Assembly: GCF_902652985.1 (NCBI RefSeq)
Contig: NC_047024.1
Span: 35,960,001 to 36,024,000 of the forward strand
DNA length: 64,000 bases
DNA from: Pecten maximus
Taxonomy: Eukaryota
Direction of reading: 5' to 3'
Shown: piece by piece, positions 11,501 through 26,544 of the stretch
Layout of the letters: each line of letters opens with the position of its first letter
How positions within the stretch are numbered: the first letter of the stretch is position 1
Translations under genes and position numbers: made by a program
Notes under the pieces: model-generated
What the model was told of the DNA's origin: nothing
The model's input: only the letters and a program-made list of their open reading frames with translations
The model's database searches: none

Positions 11501-14500
11501 CCCGGGGACACGACCAGGCCCCAGGCGGACACCCGGGACACGACCAGGGACCAGGGCGGACACGCGGGACACCAACCAGGGCCCAGGCGGACACGCGGGA
11601 CACAACCAGGCCCCAGGCGGGACACGCGGGACACGACCAGGGGCCAGGCGGACACGCGGGACACGACCAGGGCCCAGGCGGACACGCGGGACACAACCAG
11701 GCCCAGGCGGACACGCGGGACACAACCAGCCCCAGGCGGGACACGCGGGACACGACCAGGGGCCAGGCGGACACGCGGGACACGACCAGGGCCCAGGCGG
11801 ACACGCGGGACACAACCAGGGCCCAGGCTGGACACGGGGACACAACCAGGGCCCAGGGCGGACACGCGGGACACAACCAGGGCCCAGGCGGACACGCGGG
11901 ACACGACCAGGGCCCAGGCGGACACGCGGGACACGACCAGGCCCCAGGCGGACACGCGGGACACAACCAGGGACCAGGCGGACGCGCGGGGACACGACCA
12001 GGGGCCCAGCCGGACACGCGGGACACGACCAGGCCCCAGGCGGACGCGCGGGACACGACCAGGGCCCAGGCGGACACGCGGGACACGACCAGGGCCCAGG
12101 CGGACGCGCGGGACACAACCAGGGCCCAGCCGGACGCGCGGGACACAACCAGGGCCCCAGGCGGACACGCGGGACACGACCAGGGCCCAGGCGGACACGC
12201 GGGACACGACCAGGACCCAGGCGGACGCGCGGGACACGACCAGGACCAGGCAGGACACCCGGGACACGACCAGGGCCAGGCCGGACACCGGGACACGACC
12301 AGGGCCAGGCGGACACCCGGGACACGACCAGGGCCCAGGCGGACACCCGGGACACGACCAGGGCCCAGGCGGACACGCGGGACACAACCAGGACAAGGCG
12401 TACACGCGGGACACGACCAGGGCCCAGGCGGACACCCGGGACACGACCAGGCCCCAGGCGGACACGCGGGACACGACCAGGGCCCAGGCGGACACCCGGG
12501 ACACGACCAGGCCCCAGGCGGACACGCGGGACACGACCAGGGCCAGGCCGGACACGCGGGACACGACCAGGCCCCAGGCGACACGCGGGACACGACCAGG
12601 GCCCATGGCGGACACCCGGGACACGACCAGGGCCCAGGCGGACACGCGGGACACAAACCAGGGCCCAGGCGGACACCCGGGACAGACCAGGCCCCAGGCG
12701 GACACGCGGGACACGACCAGGGCCCAGGCGGACACGCGGGACACGACCAGGGCCCAGCCGGACACGCGGGACACGACCAGGGACCAGGCGGACACCCGGA
12801 CACAACGAGGGGCCCGGCGGACACGCGGACGCGACCAGGGCCAGGCGGACACCCGGGACACGACGTAGGGGCCAGGCGGACACGGCGGGGACACGACCAG
12901 GGCCCAGGCGGACACCCGGGTACACGACCAGGGCCCAGGCGGACGCGCGGGACACGACCAGGGCCCAGGCGGACACCCGGGACACAACGAGGGGCCAGGC
13001 GGACACGCGGACGCGACCAGGGCCCAAGCGGACACCCGGGACACGACCAGGCCCCAGGCGGACACCCGGGACACGACCAGGCCCCAGGCGGACACGCGGG
13101 ACACGACCAGGCCCAGGCGGACACGCGGGACACGACGAGGGCCCAGGCGGACGCGCGGGACACGACCAGGGCCCAGGCGGACACGCGGGACACAAACCAG
13201 GGCCCAGGCGGACAACCGTGACACAACCAGGGACCAGCCGGACACGCGGGACGCGACCAGGGCCCAGGCGGACACGCGGGACACGACCAGGGACCAGCCG
13301 GACACCGGGACACGACCAGGCCCCAGGCGGACGCGCGGGTGACACGACCAGGGCCCAGGCGGACACGCGGACACGACGAGGGCCCAGGCGGACACGCGGG
13401 ACACGACCAGGGCCCAGGCGGACACGCGGACACGAGAGGCCCAGGCGGACACGCGGGACACGACCAGGGACCAGGCGGACGCGCGGGACACGACCAGGGC
13501 CCAGCCGGACACGCGGGACACGACCAGGCCCCAGGCGGACACCCCGGGACACGACCAGGCCCCAGGCGGACACCGGACGCGACCAGGGTCCGGGACAGCG
13601 GACACAACCAGGCCCAGCGGACACCCGGACAACCAGGCCCTCAGGGACGCGGGATCAGACCGGCCAGGTGTACACGACGGGACAAGACCAGGCCCAGGGA
13701 CCCGCACACGACAGGCCCCAGGCGACACGCGGGACACGACCAGGCCATCGGACACCAGGTGACCGACAGTGCCCAGGGACACGCAGGGACACGAGATGGG
13801 CCAGGGACCAAGACAGGGCCAGCCGACACCGGGACCGACAGGCCAGGGACGCGGGCACACCGGTGCAGCGGGGACGACACGCGAGGCCCAGGACGCGGAC
13901 AAACGAAAGGCCAGCCGGACACGCTGGACGACCAGGCTCCTGCTTGACGCTCGGGACTAGACAGGCCACTGAACGGGACACGACGAGGACCAGGCGTACA
14001 GCGGTACACGCCAGGGGATCAGACGCACACACGAGCCCAGCGGACGCAGGGACACTGACCAGGGCCAGCCGATAGCGCGGATACATAGGCCCAGGTCGAC
14101 GCGGGTACACGAACCAGGGCCCGCGGACACGCGGGCACTACAGAGTGGCTCATGCGACTGCGTCTACAAGACACAGGGGAACAGCCCGGGCGGGGCACGA
14201 CGAGGGGCCCGCGGACGCGCGGGGGCACGACCCCGGGCAGCAGCGGACACGACCCGGGGCCCCGGCGAAGGGGGAAAAGACCCGGCCCCCGGGGGAGCGC
14301 GGGGGAGACCAGGGGACGCGGACACGACCAGGGCCCGCCGGGCGGCGGGGCCCGACCAGGGCCCAGCCGGGGCACCCGGGGCACGACCAGGGAAACCCGG
14401 GGGGGGCCGGGGGGACAACCAGACCCGGCGGGCGCCCGGGACAAACCAGGACCCGCCGGGGGACGCGGGACACGACCAGGGCCCGGGGAGCGCGGGACAG

Positions 14501-17500
14501 ACCCGGCCCAGCCGGGAAACCCGGGACACGACCAGGGGCCCCGCCGGACACGCGGGGACAGACCGGGGCCAGTGCGGACACGCGGGACACGACCAGTGGA
14601 CCAGGCGGACGCGCGGGACACGACCATGGCCAGGCCGGACACGCGGGGACACGACCAGGGCCCAGCTCGGACACGCGGGACACGACCAGGGCCCAGGCGG
14701 ACACGCGGGACACGACCAGGGACCAGTGCGGACGCGCGGGACACGACCAGGGCCCAGGCGGACACGCGGGACACGACCCAGGGCCCAGCCGGACACGGCG
14801 GACACGACCAGGGCCCAGGCGGACACGCGGGACACGACCAGGGACCAGGCGGACGCGCGGGACACGACCAGGGCCAGGCCGGACACGCGGGACACGACCA
14901 GGGCCCAGGCGGACGCGCGGGACACGGACCAGGGCCCAGGCGGACGCGCGGGAACACGACCAGGGACCAGGCGGACACGCGGGACACGACCAGGGACCAG
15001 GCGGACGCGCGGGACACGACCAGGGCCAGGCCGGACACGCGGGACACGACCAGGGCCAGCCGGACACGCGGGACACGACCAGGGCCCAGGCGGACACGCG
15101 GGACACGACCAGGGACCAGGCGGACGCGCGGGACAGGACCAGGGCCAGGCGGACAGCGGGACACGACCAGGGCCCAGGCGGACGCGCGGTGACACTGACC
15201 AGGGCCCAGGCGGACGCGCGGGACACGACCCAGGACCAGGCGGACACGCGGGACACGACCAGGGACCAGGCGGACGCGCGGGACAAGACCAGGGACCAGG
15301 CGGACACGCGGGGACACGGACAAGGGCCAGGCCGGACACGCGGGGACACGACAGGGACCAGGCGGACGCGCGGGACACGACAGGGCCAGGGCCGGACACG
15401 CTGGGACACGACCAGGGACCAGGCGGACGCGCGGGACACGACCAGGGCACAGCCGGACACGCGGGACACGACAGGGCCAGGCCGGACGCGCGGGACACGA
15501 CAGGCCCAGGCGGACGCGCGGGTACACGACCAGGGACCAGGCGGACGCGCGGGACACGACCAGGGACCAGGCGGACGCGCGGGACACGACCAGGGACCAG
15601 GGCGGACGCGCGGGACACGACCAGGGACAGGCGGACGCGCGGGACACGACCAGGGACCAGGGCGGACGCGCGGGACAGACCAGGGCCCAGCCGGACACGC
15701 GGGACACGACCAGGCCCCCGGGGGACGGCGGGACAGCCAGGGCCGGCCGGACCGGGGACACGACCAGGCCCCCCGGCGGACACGCGGGACAACCAGGGAC
15801 CAGGCGGACGCGCGGGACAGACCCGGGCCAGGGGGACGGCCGGGACACGACCGGGAAAACCCGGCGGGCGGCGGGACACGACCAGGGCCGCCGGGCCGCG
15901 GGAAAAGACAGGCCCCGGCGGAACGCGGACAGACCAGGGCCAGGCGGGGCCGGGGGACAGACCAGGGCCCCGCCGGACCGCGGGAAAAACCAGGGCCCAG
16001 GGAAGCGGGACAGACCCGGGCCCGGCGGGCGGACACGAAGGCCGGGGGACGCGGGGGACACGACCGGCCAGGGGGACAGCGGAAGACGGGCCCGGGGCCG
16101 GGCACGCGGGGGCCGCCGGGCCCCCCGGGGGCGCGCGGGGAAAGAAGGGCCGGGGACGCGCGGGGCACGACCCGGGGCCAGCCGGACCACCCCGGGCAAG
16201 CCGGAGGGCCCGGAGGGGCGCCGGGACACCCAGGGCCAGGCCGACACGGCAGACAGGCCAGCCGACACCCGGGGGCCGACCGGCCCCAGGCGGGCCGCGG
16301 GACCGCGGGGGCCAGGGGGCCCCGGGACACGACCAGGGGCCCGGCGGACCCACACAACCCCCAAGCCGGGCGCGGGGAAAGACAACCAGCGGACGCGCAC
16401 AAACCAGGGCCAGGCACACGCACCACAGGGGCCACCGACGCGGGGACACACAGGCCAGGGGGAACCGGCACACGGGCCGGCGGGGGCGGACACGACCAGG
16501 CCCCGCCGGACACGCGGGACCGACCAGGGGCCCCCCGGCGGGGGACCGACCAGGGCCCGCCGGACCGGGGGGACCGACCCGGGCCCCGGGACACCGGGGC
16601 CGACCCGGGGCCCCCGCGAAAGGGCCGGGACACGACCAGGGCCCCGGCGGGAAACCGGGACACGACCCGGGGGCCCCCGCCGGGCCGGGGGAACGACCAG
16701 GGCCAGGCGGGCCCGCGGGACGCGACCAGGGCCCAGGCGGACGCGCGGACACGACCCAGGGCCCAGCCGGACGCGCGGGACACGACCAGGGCCCAGGCAG
16801 ACACCCGGGACACGACCAGGGCCCAGCCGGACGCGCGGGACACGACCAGGGCCCAGGCTGACACGCGGGACACGACCAGGGCCCAGGCAGACACGCGGGA
16901 CACGACCCAGGGACCAGGCGGACGCGCGGGAGACGACCAGGGACCAGGCGGACGCGCGGGACACGACCAGGGCCCAGGCAGACACGCGGGACACGACCAG
17001 GGCCCAGCCGGACACGCGGGACACGACCAGGGCCCAGGCGGACACGCGGGACACGACCAGGGCCCAGGCAGACACGCGGGACACGACCAGGGCCCAGCCG
17101 GTACACGCGGGACACGACCAGGGCCCAGGCGTGACACGCGGGACACGACCAGGCCCAGGCGGACACGCGGGACACGACCAGGGCCCAGGCAGACACGCGG
17201 GACACGACCAGGGCCCAGCCGGACACGCGGGACACGACCAGTGCCCAGGCTGACACTGCGGGCACACCCCCCAGGCGACCGCGGGACAGACCAGGCCCCG
17301 GCAACGCGGGACACACCCGGCCCGGCAACACCGGGGCACGACAGGGGGAGGCACCGGGGGGCACGGGGCCAGGGCCCCGGCGGGCACGGGGCAGACCCGG
17401 GGCCCCGCGACCCGGGACACGACCAGGGGCCCCGCCGGACCGGGGGACACGACCAGGGCCCCGGGGGACCGCGGACAGACCAGGGCCAGGCAAAACGCGG

Positions 17501-18020
17501 GACACGACCCGGGGCCCCGGCGGACCGCGGGGAAAAGACCGGGCCCCCGGCGGAAAGCGGGACACGACAGGGCCCGGCGGACCGCGGGACAGACCCGGGC
17601 CCACCACACGCGGGAACGACGGGGCCCAGCCGGGGAACGGGGACAACGACCAGGCCCAGCCCGGGCACGCGGGACACACACCGGCCACCACACCAGGGCC
17701 CGGGGAACGCGGGGCACGACCGGGCCCCGCGGACCGCGGGACAACCGGGGCCCCGCCGGACACGCGGGGACACGACCAGGGCCCCAGCGGACACGCGGGA
17801 CACGACAAGGGCCAGCCGGACAACGGGGACACGACCAGGCCCAGCCGGACACGCGGAAGACCGGGACCAGGCGTGAAGCGCGGGACAGACCAGGGACCAG
17901 CTGACGCGCTGGGACACTCCATGGACCATTCTGACTCGCGTGACACGGACCAGTGACAGGCGTGACACGCTGGACACGACCAGTGCCCCAGGCAGACACC
18001 CGTACACGACCAGGGCCAGT
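8550..18020. repeat. 30-bp tandem array in its G-rich form (cgcgggacacgaccagggcccaggcggaca); T->G version of the unit at 18045-18228
   Basis: Periodic 30-mer with almost no T on the + strand; noisy blocks at about 13600-14550, 15700-16730 and 17260-17830. Confidence 0.95.
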
Positions 18021-18044
18021 AGTACTCTCTGGACACTACATTTC

Positions 18045-18228
18045 CCCATGCTTACTCTATTACACTACTATTACCATTCTTACACTCGGACACGAACCAA
18101 GTTACATTCTACCCCTTTACACTACCATTTACCATTCTTACTCTCTTTACACTACCATTTCCCATTCTTACACTCTTTACACTACCATTCCCCATTCTTA
18201 CTCTCTTTACACTACCATTTCCCATTTC
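18045..18228. repeat. AT-rich, G-free form of the same 30-bp unit (ctctttacactaccatttcccattcttaca)
   Basis: Several tandem copies contiguous with the G-rich array. Confidence 0.9.
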
Positions 18229-18334
18229 CGTCTTCATTCTCCTGTGGTGAGAACCTTATTTCCAAGATAGGTGATCGGTGTCATAATGTAAGTACACCTG
18301 ACTAGGGTTGTAGATGAAACTGGTGAGAATGACT

Positions 18335-18575
18335 TAAGTTTGGTTTCCAGATTTTCCAACAGACTATTTACATCTGACTTGCCTTTGTTTTCTTAATGTA
18401 ATTGAAGAGCTTATTAGAACCTGTGAGAGATACCTAGCATAGTCTCGTCACCCATACTTTGTAGATATATTGACGATGTGTTATCTTTAAATAACAAAAA
18501 TCTTATTTGACCTTGTAGATCGTAAAGAACTAGAAATCAAGGACACTACAGTCACCCTTCAACATCAGCTTCTTT
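18335..18575 (+). mobile_element. Penelope-like retroelement RT remnant
   Basis: Disrupted frames give FQIFQQTI, RYIDDVLSLNN (from 18463) and KELEIKDTT..SAS, matching PLE RT motifs. Confidence 0.65.
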
Positions 18576-18799
18576 AAAAACCTTCAAAGCATGTTATCAA
18601 ATTCTGCATGTCTGGATTTTCCATATTACCTGTAAGCTGGCTCATTTAACTTTTATTTTGTTTTTTGTACGAGATTGTCTATTACAGGTTCAACTTCTAT
18701 ATCAAACTGATGGAGAATCCCATCACAATATACAATGTACTGTACTAAAAAAACATAAGGAAACTCACTTTATAGTAACCATCTAATTAAAACCGCCCT

Positions 18800-19452
18800 A
18801 CTTTAATCATTGATCTGTAAACAATACTTGCTATCGTTATTTCTCATACTTCATATGTAGGTTCCCCTTCACGGATCCCTAGTTGTGTCCATCAAATTTT
18901 GAAGCTGACAGGGAAATTGAAATGGCCGACATGCAGCCATCTTGGATTTTGACAGTTGAAGTTTAAGCTTTATCCTTGAGAAGTAATTGAAGGATTTATA
19001 TGAAACTTGGTATAAATTCCTCTTCGTCCCTTTAAGTTGTGCTTATTCAGTTTTGAGTATGATTTGATAAACAAAATGGTGGACAGGAAGCCACCTTAGA
19101 TTTTGACAGTTTATACTTGTTATCATTGTAATGCTAGAAGTACTGAAGTATATTTCTCAAACTGGCTATGTAAGGTACACTCAGTTCCCTGTTATGTCCA
19201 TTTGATTTCAAGTCTGATGAGAGAAACATGATGGCTGACAGGTGGCAATATTTGAATTTATTAACGCTAGTCCTTATTTCTTTTAAAAGCTCTTCATGGG
19301 TAATCTCCGATTACATCAATTAATTTTGAAGGTTCCACTTGCTTTCAAATGATAAAAAAGGAAAGATGAGAAAAGGAGAGAAAGGTCAGTCTTACATAGA
19401 CCCAATAAATATCATTCAATGATGGGTGTCAAGATCCCTTGGGGATCTCGCG
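18800..19452. mobile_element. Degenerate interspersed repeat, possibly Helentron-like, with internal repeats and a terminal hairpin
   Basis: Recurrent aaatgg..gaca..gcagccatcttggattttgacagtt modules; hairpin agatcccttggggatct at about 19432-19448. Confidence 0.4.
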
Positions 19453-19478
19453 TCTTATAATGTGGCTTAAAAGGATCA

Positions 19479-22400
19479 TTGTATAGACTAGATATAGGGA
19501 CATTGTATAGACTAGATATAGGGATATTGTATAGACTAGATATAGGGACATTGTATAGACCAGATATAGGGACATTGTATAGACCAGATATAGGGACATT
19601 GAGTAGACCAGATATAGGGACATCGTATAGACCAAGTATGGAAACATTGTATAGACCAGATATAGGGACATTGTATAGACCAGATAGGGAAACATTGTAT
19701 AGACCAGATATAGGAACATTGTATGGACCAGATATAGGAACATTGTATAGATCAGATGTAGGAACATTGTATAGACCAGATATAGGGACATTGTATAGAC
19801 CAGATAGGGAAACATTGTATAGACCAGATAGGGAAACATTGTATAGACCAGATATAGGGACATTGTATAGACCAAATATAGGGACATTGTATAGACCAGA
19901 TACAGGGACATTGTGTAGACCAGATATAGGGACATTGTATAGACCAGATATGGAAACATTGTATAGACCAGATATAGGAACATTGTATAGACCAGATATA
20001 GGGACATTGTATAGACAAGATATAGGGACATTGTATAGACCAGATATAGGGACATTGTATAGACCAGATATAGGGACATTGTATAGACCAGATATAGGGA
20101 CATTGTATAGACCAGATACAGGGACATTGTGTAGACCAGATATAGGGACATTGTATAGACCAGATATGGAAACATTGTATAGACCAGATATAGGAACATT
20201 GTATAGACCAGATATAGGGACATTGTATAGACAAGATATAGGGACATTGTATAGACCAGATATAGGGACATTGTATAGACCAGATATAGGGACATTGTAT
20301 AGACCAGATAGGGAAACATTGTATAGACCAAATATAGGAACATTGTATAGACCAGATATAGGAACATTGTATAGACCAGATATAGGGACATTGTATAGAC
20401 AAGATATAGGGACATTGTGTAGAGCAGATATAGGGAGATTGAGTAGACCAGATATAGGGACATTGTATAGATCAGATATAGGGACATTGTATAGACCATA
20501 TATAGGGACATTGTATAGACCAGATAAAGGGACATTGTATAGACCAGATATAGGGACATTGTATAGACCAGATATAGGGACATTGTATAGACCAGATATT
20601 GAAACATTGTACAGACCAGATATTGAAACATTGTATAGACCAGATATAGGGACATTGTATAGACCAGATATAGGAACATTGTATAGACCAGATATAGGGA
20701 CATTGTATAGACCAGATATGGAAACATTGTATAGACCAGATATAGGAACATTGTATAGACCAGATATAGGGACATTGTATAGACCAGATATAGGAACATT
20801 GTATAGACCATATATAGGGACATTGTATAGACCAAATACAGGAACATTGTATAGACCAGATATAGGGACATTGTATAGACCAGATAGGGAAACATTGTAT
20901 AGACCAAATATAGGAACATTGTATAGACCAGATATAGGAACATTGTATAGACCAGATATGGAAACATTGTATAGACCAGATATAGGAACATTGTATAGAC
21001 CAGATATAGGGACATTGTATAGACAAGATATGGAAACATTGTATAGACCAGATATAGGAACATTGTATAGACCAGATATAGGGACATTGTATAGACCAGA
21101 TATAGGGACATTGTATAGACCAGATATAGGGACATTGTATAGACCAAATATAGGGACATTGTATAGACCAGATATGGAAACATTGTATAGACCAGATATA
21201 GGAACATTGTATAGACCAGATATAGGGACATTGTATAGACCAGATATAGGGACATTGTATAGACCATATATAGGGACATTGTATAGACAAGATATAGGGA
21301 CATTGTATAGACCAGATATAGGGACATTGTATAGACCAGATATAGGGACATTGTATAGACCAGATATAGGGACATTGTATAGACCATATATAGGGACATT
21401 GTATAGACCAGATATAGGGACATTGTATAGACCAGATATAGGGACATTGTATAGATCAGATATAGGGACATTGTATAGACCAGATATAGGGACATTGTAT
21501 AGACCATATATAGGGACATTGTATAGACCAGATATAGGGACATTGTATAGACCAGATATAGGAACATTGTATAGACCATATATAGGGACATTGTATAGAC
21601 CAGATATAGGGACATTGTATAGACCAGATATAGGGACATTGTATAGACAAGATATAGGGACATTGTATAGATCAGATATAGGGACATTGTATAGATCAGA
21701 TATAGGGACATTGTATAGACCAGATATAGGGACATTGTATAGACCAGATATAGGGACATTGTATAGACCAGATATAGGGACATTGTATGGACCAGATATA
21801 GGGACATTGTATAGACCAGATATAGGGACATTGTATAGACCAGATATGGAAACATTGTATAGACCAGATATAGGAACATTGTATAGACCATATATAGGGA
21901 CATTGTATAGACCAGATATAGGGACATTGAATAGACCAGATATAGGGACATTGTATAGACCAGATATAGGGACATTGAATAGACCAGATATAGGGACATT
22001 GTATAGACCATATATAGGGACATTGTATAGACCAGATATAGGGACATTGTATAGACCAGATATAGGGACATTGAATAGACCAGATATAGGGACATTGTAT
22101 AGACCAGATATAGGGACATTGAATAGACCAGATATAGGGACATTGTATAGACCAGATATAGGGACATTGTATAGACCAGATATAGGGACATTGAATAGAC
22201 CAGATATAGGGACATTGTATAGACTAGATATAGGGATATTGTATAGACTAGATATAGGGACATTGTATAGACCAGATATAGGGACATTGAATAGACCAGA
22301 TATAGGGACATTGTATAGACCAGATATAGGGACATTGTATAGACCAGATATAGGAACATTGTATAGATCAGATGTAGGAACATTGTATAGACCAGATATA

Positions 22401-22707
22401 GGGACATTGTATAGACCAGATATAGGGACATTGTATAGACCAGATATAGGGACATTGTATAGACCAGATATAGGGACATTGTATAGACCAGATATAGGGA
22501 CATTGTATAGACCAAACAGGGAAACATTGTATAGACCAGATATAGGGACATTGTATAGACCAGATATAGGGACATTGAATAGACCAGATATAGGGACATT
22601 GTATAGACCATATATAGGGACATTGTATAGACCAGATATAGGGACATTGTATAGACCAGATATAGGGACATTGAATAGACCAGATATAGGGACATTGTAT
22701 AGACCAG
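19479..22707. repeat. 24-bp minisatellite (ttgtatagaccagatatagggaca), about 134 copies
   Basis: Highly homogeneous array with no frame-shifting indels; source of the 1099, 1088 and 1129 aa ORFs. Confidence 0.98.
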
Positions 22708-25471
22708 TCATAAATTACAGTAACACTACTTTGAAATACCAGGTTTATTATCAGTTATATTGTACACAAGTTTTTATTCACAGTCAATCTAGGATCAGAT
22801 ACAAGGTCACACTCATACCAATCATACATGTAATCAACATACACATTCAATCTACATATTCATTCTGATTTGTCAGATCACGTATTACTTCTACTGAAAT
22901 AAATATTTTTGCTTAGAAATATTCATCATCATATACCACAATGTGTAACATAAGCCATCTATAAGCTAGATCACAATGTCTTCTATTTCCAACCAAAATA
23001 TTCTTATTTTCTGTATCAGATATTGGAGCTAACATCTTGTTCTCATCTAAATTTGTAAACCCTGATTTTGTATGTCAAAACCAGGTGTTGAAATTAACTT
23101 ATCTTTAATAAATCATTGATGACAGCTTCACACAGTTATACTACTCTGTGTCTAGTACATTGTCACTTTATCAGTACAGAGACCGAATTAAGTTTTAGTA
23201 TGTTTATACCACCTACTGTTTTACCCCCTGGCTGTATCGGCCGGTGTAATGTCATTATGTGTGTCTATAATAATACCATGTCACCCTATAATTTGTAATA
23301 ATGATGCAATTATAAAATATAAAATAATAAAATGAAAGCCAATTTCCTGTCAATTTCATACAAAATAATATTCTCTTTATTTAAACACAAAATTATGACT
23401 TTTAAAGGCATTTGAAAAGTTATCAGGGAGAATTAGATTGTGTGGTGATGTCAGATGAAACTGTAGAGCCAATTACATTACCGATTTGGCCATATAATAT
23501 GAAGCGCTTTACTCTTCTCACGATTAAAGTATGATGTATCACTACATGTATAAAAATGTTTGGATTGTTTACCATTGCAAAATTAAATTGTCCACTTTTG
23601 GAAGGCTGTGGTGGTAGTGTAGTATTTCGACGCCTAAATGGGTTACTAAAGTCAATTTTTTCTTTCTTCTATTGAGTTTTTATGTTGTACATGTATATCC
23701 AACAATAAAAAAAACATAACAAATGCATTGATTAGGAGAACAAAAAGTCCTGAAGATTTCAACATATATGGATACTACATTTAGACACGATTGCTTCCAA
23801 CACCATAAAACATATCTTTGCACAACAAATTCTAGTTATTTCAATAATATACTCTGATCTTCTTTGTATTAACCTTGAAAAGTTCTCCTGTTATCCTGCA
23901 ACTTCAGATTGGCTTAGACAACACATGTCATGTACTACAGAGTTCTACTAGATATGTATGGTTCAATAACGTAGATATTGCACACAAGGATTAAAAAAAA
24001 TATATATATCAACATAGGGATATCATCTAAGCTATAACTATGAGTTATTCTACATACAAATTATTATATTATACATGTATATGTTCGTTTCATGGAGACA
24101 TTTTTAGTAAAAAAATCTGAATGGATAGATCTCAACATAATAGCCACAAGCCATTTTATTATTCCCTAATTCCAAATAAATATTAGAAAATGAGAAAAGA
24201 AAATGTTGTTGTTTTTTTCTTCAAATTTGTGTGACTCTGTTTTCTACTTTTAAGAAGCTTCAGCCGATAGATTTTTGCTAAAAAGAATTTAATTTCAAAC
24301 GTGTCAGAATTTTAAACTAGATAGATTTCCAACAATACAATTATCAGATTAATATCTACAATGTAGCATTGCATGTGAGAAGGTATCAAAGCTCTGTAGT
24401 ATATACATCAATCAACACCAGAAATACTTCAGTCAATTCACATGTAATTTGTGGAAAGAATTTCATTAAAGGGTCATGGGTCCAAAGAAAGGAAAATCAC
24501 AAGAGCACAACTACCTAAGCTACTATATATCATGTCCATGAAGTTTCCTAAGAGTTGGTTGGGAGAGAGTACAACCTTTGGGTTTCGGTAACTCCACCCA
24601 CTGTCGATTTTTATTACAGAGGTACAATCCTAGTCTAGTGGCACATCCGTGTGCTGCCAAACACAGCCATAAAACACTACTCAACAGAGGTACTGTACTA
24701 ACATACAACAGACAGAGTGATAAAATGTGTACTATCGTATAAAAATACCAATCCTAAACAAACACTGATAATAAATATGTTACAACAGACATCTGGTAGG
24801 AATCACAAAATTGCATTAAAGTAAGAGGTCCAAAGACCCGTATCATTTATAAAAGTGTGCATTTTTTTTTGTTATCTGTTTTTTGTTAATTATTTCAAGT
24901 AATAAACATTGCACTTTAATTTGAAAGTTGTCCTCTAAGAGGCAAATCTGAATTTGATACTCTTGTACATAATAAATATGAATATTAATGGTTTAAATTT
25001 GGTATTAATAGTTCCGTACAGATCAAATTCCTTATTTTTACACAAGTCACCATAAATATAAATCTTTAATTTAATGTCCATGGCAAAGTGAAGTAAGCTT
25101 TCCAACATAAAGGCCCAAACAGTGGGAGATATTGTTCACTCACAAAGTTCAGATCACACAAGAAAATGTCATACCAAGATAGAAAATTGTTCAAACATTA
25201 TATCTAATACCAGCAACATGTGAGAATTTTATGTAACAATCCCAGCGAATCAGTCAATAGTATTAGTCATTCAACAACCAGGATTATCTCATTGTGCATG
25301 GCAACAATTATCTTTCTGGTAGAGAGAAGATAAATGTCCACTAGGAACATTCCTTCTAACAACTAAACAGAGATTCATAGCACTTCATGATCATTCCTCA
25401 ATGTCTTTCTTCTTCATTCAGTACCTCAGATCCACTAAACTTTGTCTATTATGTGTCCATCAATAACTGTT

Positions 25472-25519
25472 TTATGTTAATTTGACTTCTACGCGACAAA
25501 CTGGGCAGCTGGCATTTCC
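25472..25519 (-). CDS. RING-H2 E3 ligase, last coding exon (GNASCPVCRVEVKLT*)
   Basis: Acceptor ctcttttcag; final CPVC of the RING; TAA at 25474-25472. Confidence 0.93.
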   Translation of the reverse strand, partial: GNASCPVCRVEVKLT

Positions 25520-25831
25520 CTGAAAAGAGTATAATTCAAAATAAGAATAAAAAGGTCACATAGAAAATCACATTTGTGTATGTTGTTATTTTTTCCAACA
25601 AAAACATCAAAATTCCTCAAAATCTTTAAGTCTGGTATTTTTTATTTTAATGCCAGGATGTGAAAACCCAGCAATCTTTCCTTACCCCTCCCCCCACTAA
25701 TTTTACATTTTGATAAAAATTAAGAAAAAAAAAATCAAATTTCCACCAGGGGTCAATTTCCACAAAGCTGCTAGGAAAAAATAATTGTAAAAGTGCTACA
25801 TGATAAGTATTGTTATAAATTTCTAGCTTAC

Positions 25832-26053
25832 CATGATCCACTTATCGATACACTGGGAATGGAACTCATGGAAACATGGAAGCATTTTCAGTCTGTCACC
25901 CTGGTCATACTCGCACATGCAGATGAGACAGTCTTCGGAATCCTGTTTGTCACCGTTAGCCTGGTATGTACGTACAGGAAGCCTGGAGCTCTGTGCCTCA
26001 GTCAAACCCTTGTTCTTTACATCACCCAGCATTTCTGCTAGATTTAACAGATC
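25832..26053 (-). CDS. RING-H2 E3 ligase exon (DLLNLAEMLGDVKNKGL...CLICMCEY...LPCFHEFHSQCIDKWIM)
   Basis: C3H2C3 RING pattern; acceptor tttgcacag, donor GTAAGC; 222 nt, phase 0-0. Confidence 0.95.
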
Positions 26054-26284
26054 CTGTGCAAAAATTGAATATTTTTTCCCCATTAAATTTGAAATTGTCA
26101 GAATGGAACATCAGACCTATGACAAATTGTAGATTGAATGTTGCAAATGCTTGCTTTTATTACAAATACCATTTAGCATAACTACATTTTTTAGGTGGTC
26201 TAACCATATTTCTTCACACAGTTAAGAATTTTATTGATGCATCAAAATGTGAAGATATCATATCTATATATCATAAAAGCAAAC

Positions 26285-26386
26285 CTCATAGTCATTGCCA
26301 TCTGCTGGACTGCCAATATCTAATCCACGTGGGTTGGTGTTTCGTCTCTGTCCTCTTCGCCGAGACCGTGAGTGTCGTGCTACAGG
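26285..26386 (-). CDS. RING-H2 E3 ligase exon (PVARHSRSRRRGQRR...GNDYE)
   Basis: AG/GT boundaries, 102 nt, phase 0-0; joins to give NDYEDLLNLAE; basic NLS-like stretch. Confidence 0.9.
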
Positions 26387-26544
26387 CTGTAACGAACATG
26401 TATCAGAAAAATATGTGAAGATCAAATTAACTCTGGTTATTCCTTACTATTCTGGAAACATCCGAGGTAAAGTAGGTACAGGGCCGATTTAATTTACAAA
26501 TAACTTCATAATAGCACTGGGCTAGTAACAGGCGATATATATAC

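Noticed and set aside
8374-18049. Giant ORFs (up to 1879 aa) on both strands; collagen-like, viral or horizontally acquired GC island
   Set aside because: They come from a 30-bp repeat lacking T on + (few stops possible on either strand), which is itself a T->G copy of a local AT-rich repeat; no domain content
19412-22868. 1088-1129 aa repetitive ORFs
   Set aside because: 24-bp satellite open in several frames on both strands; no splice or domain support
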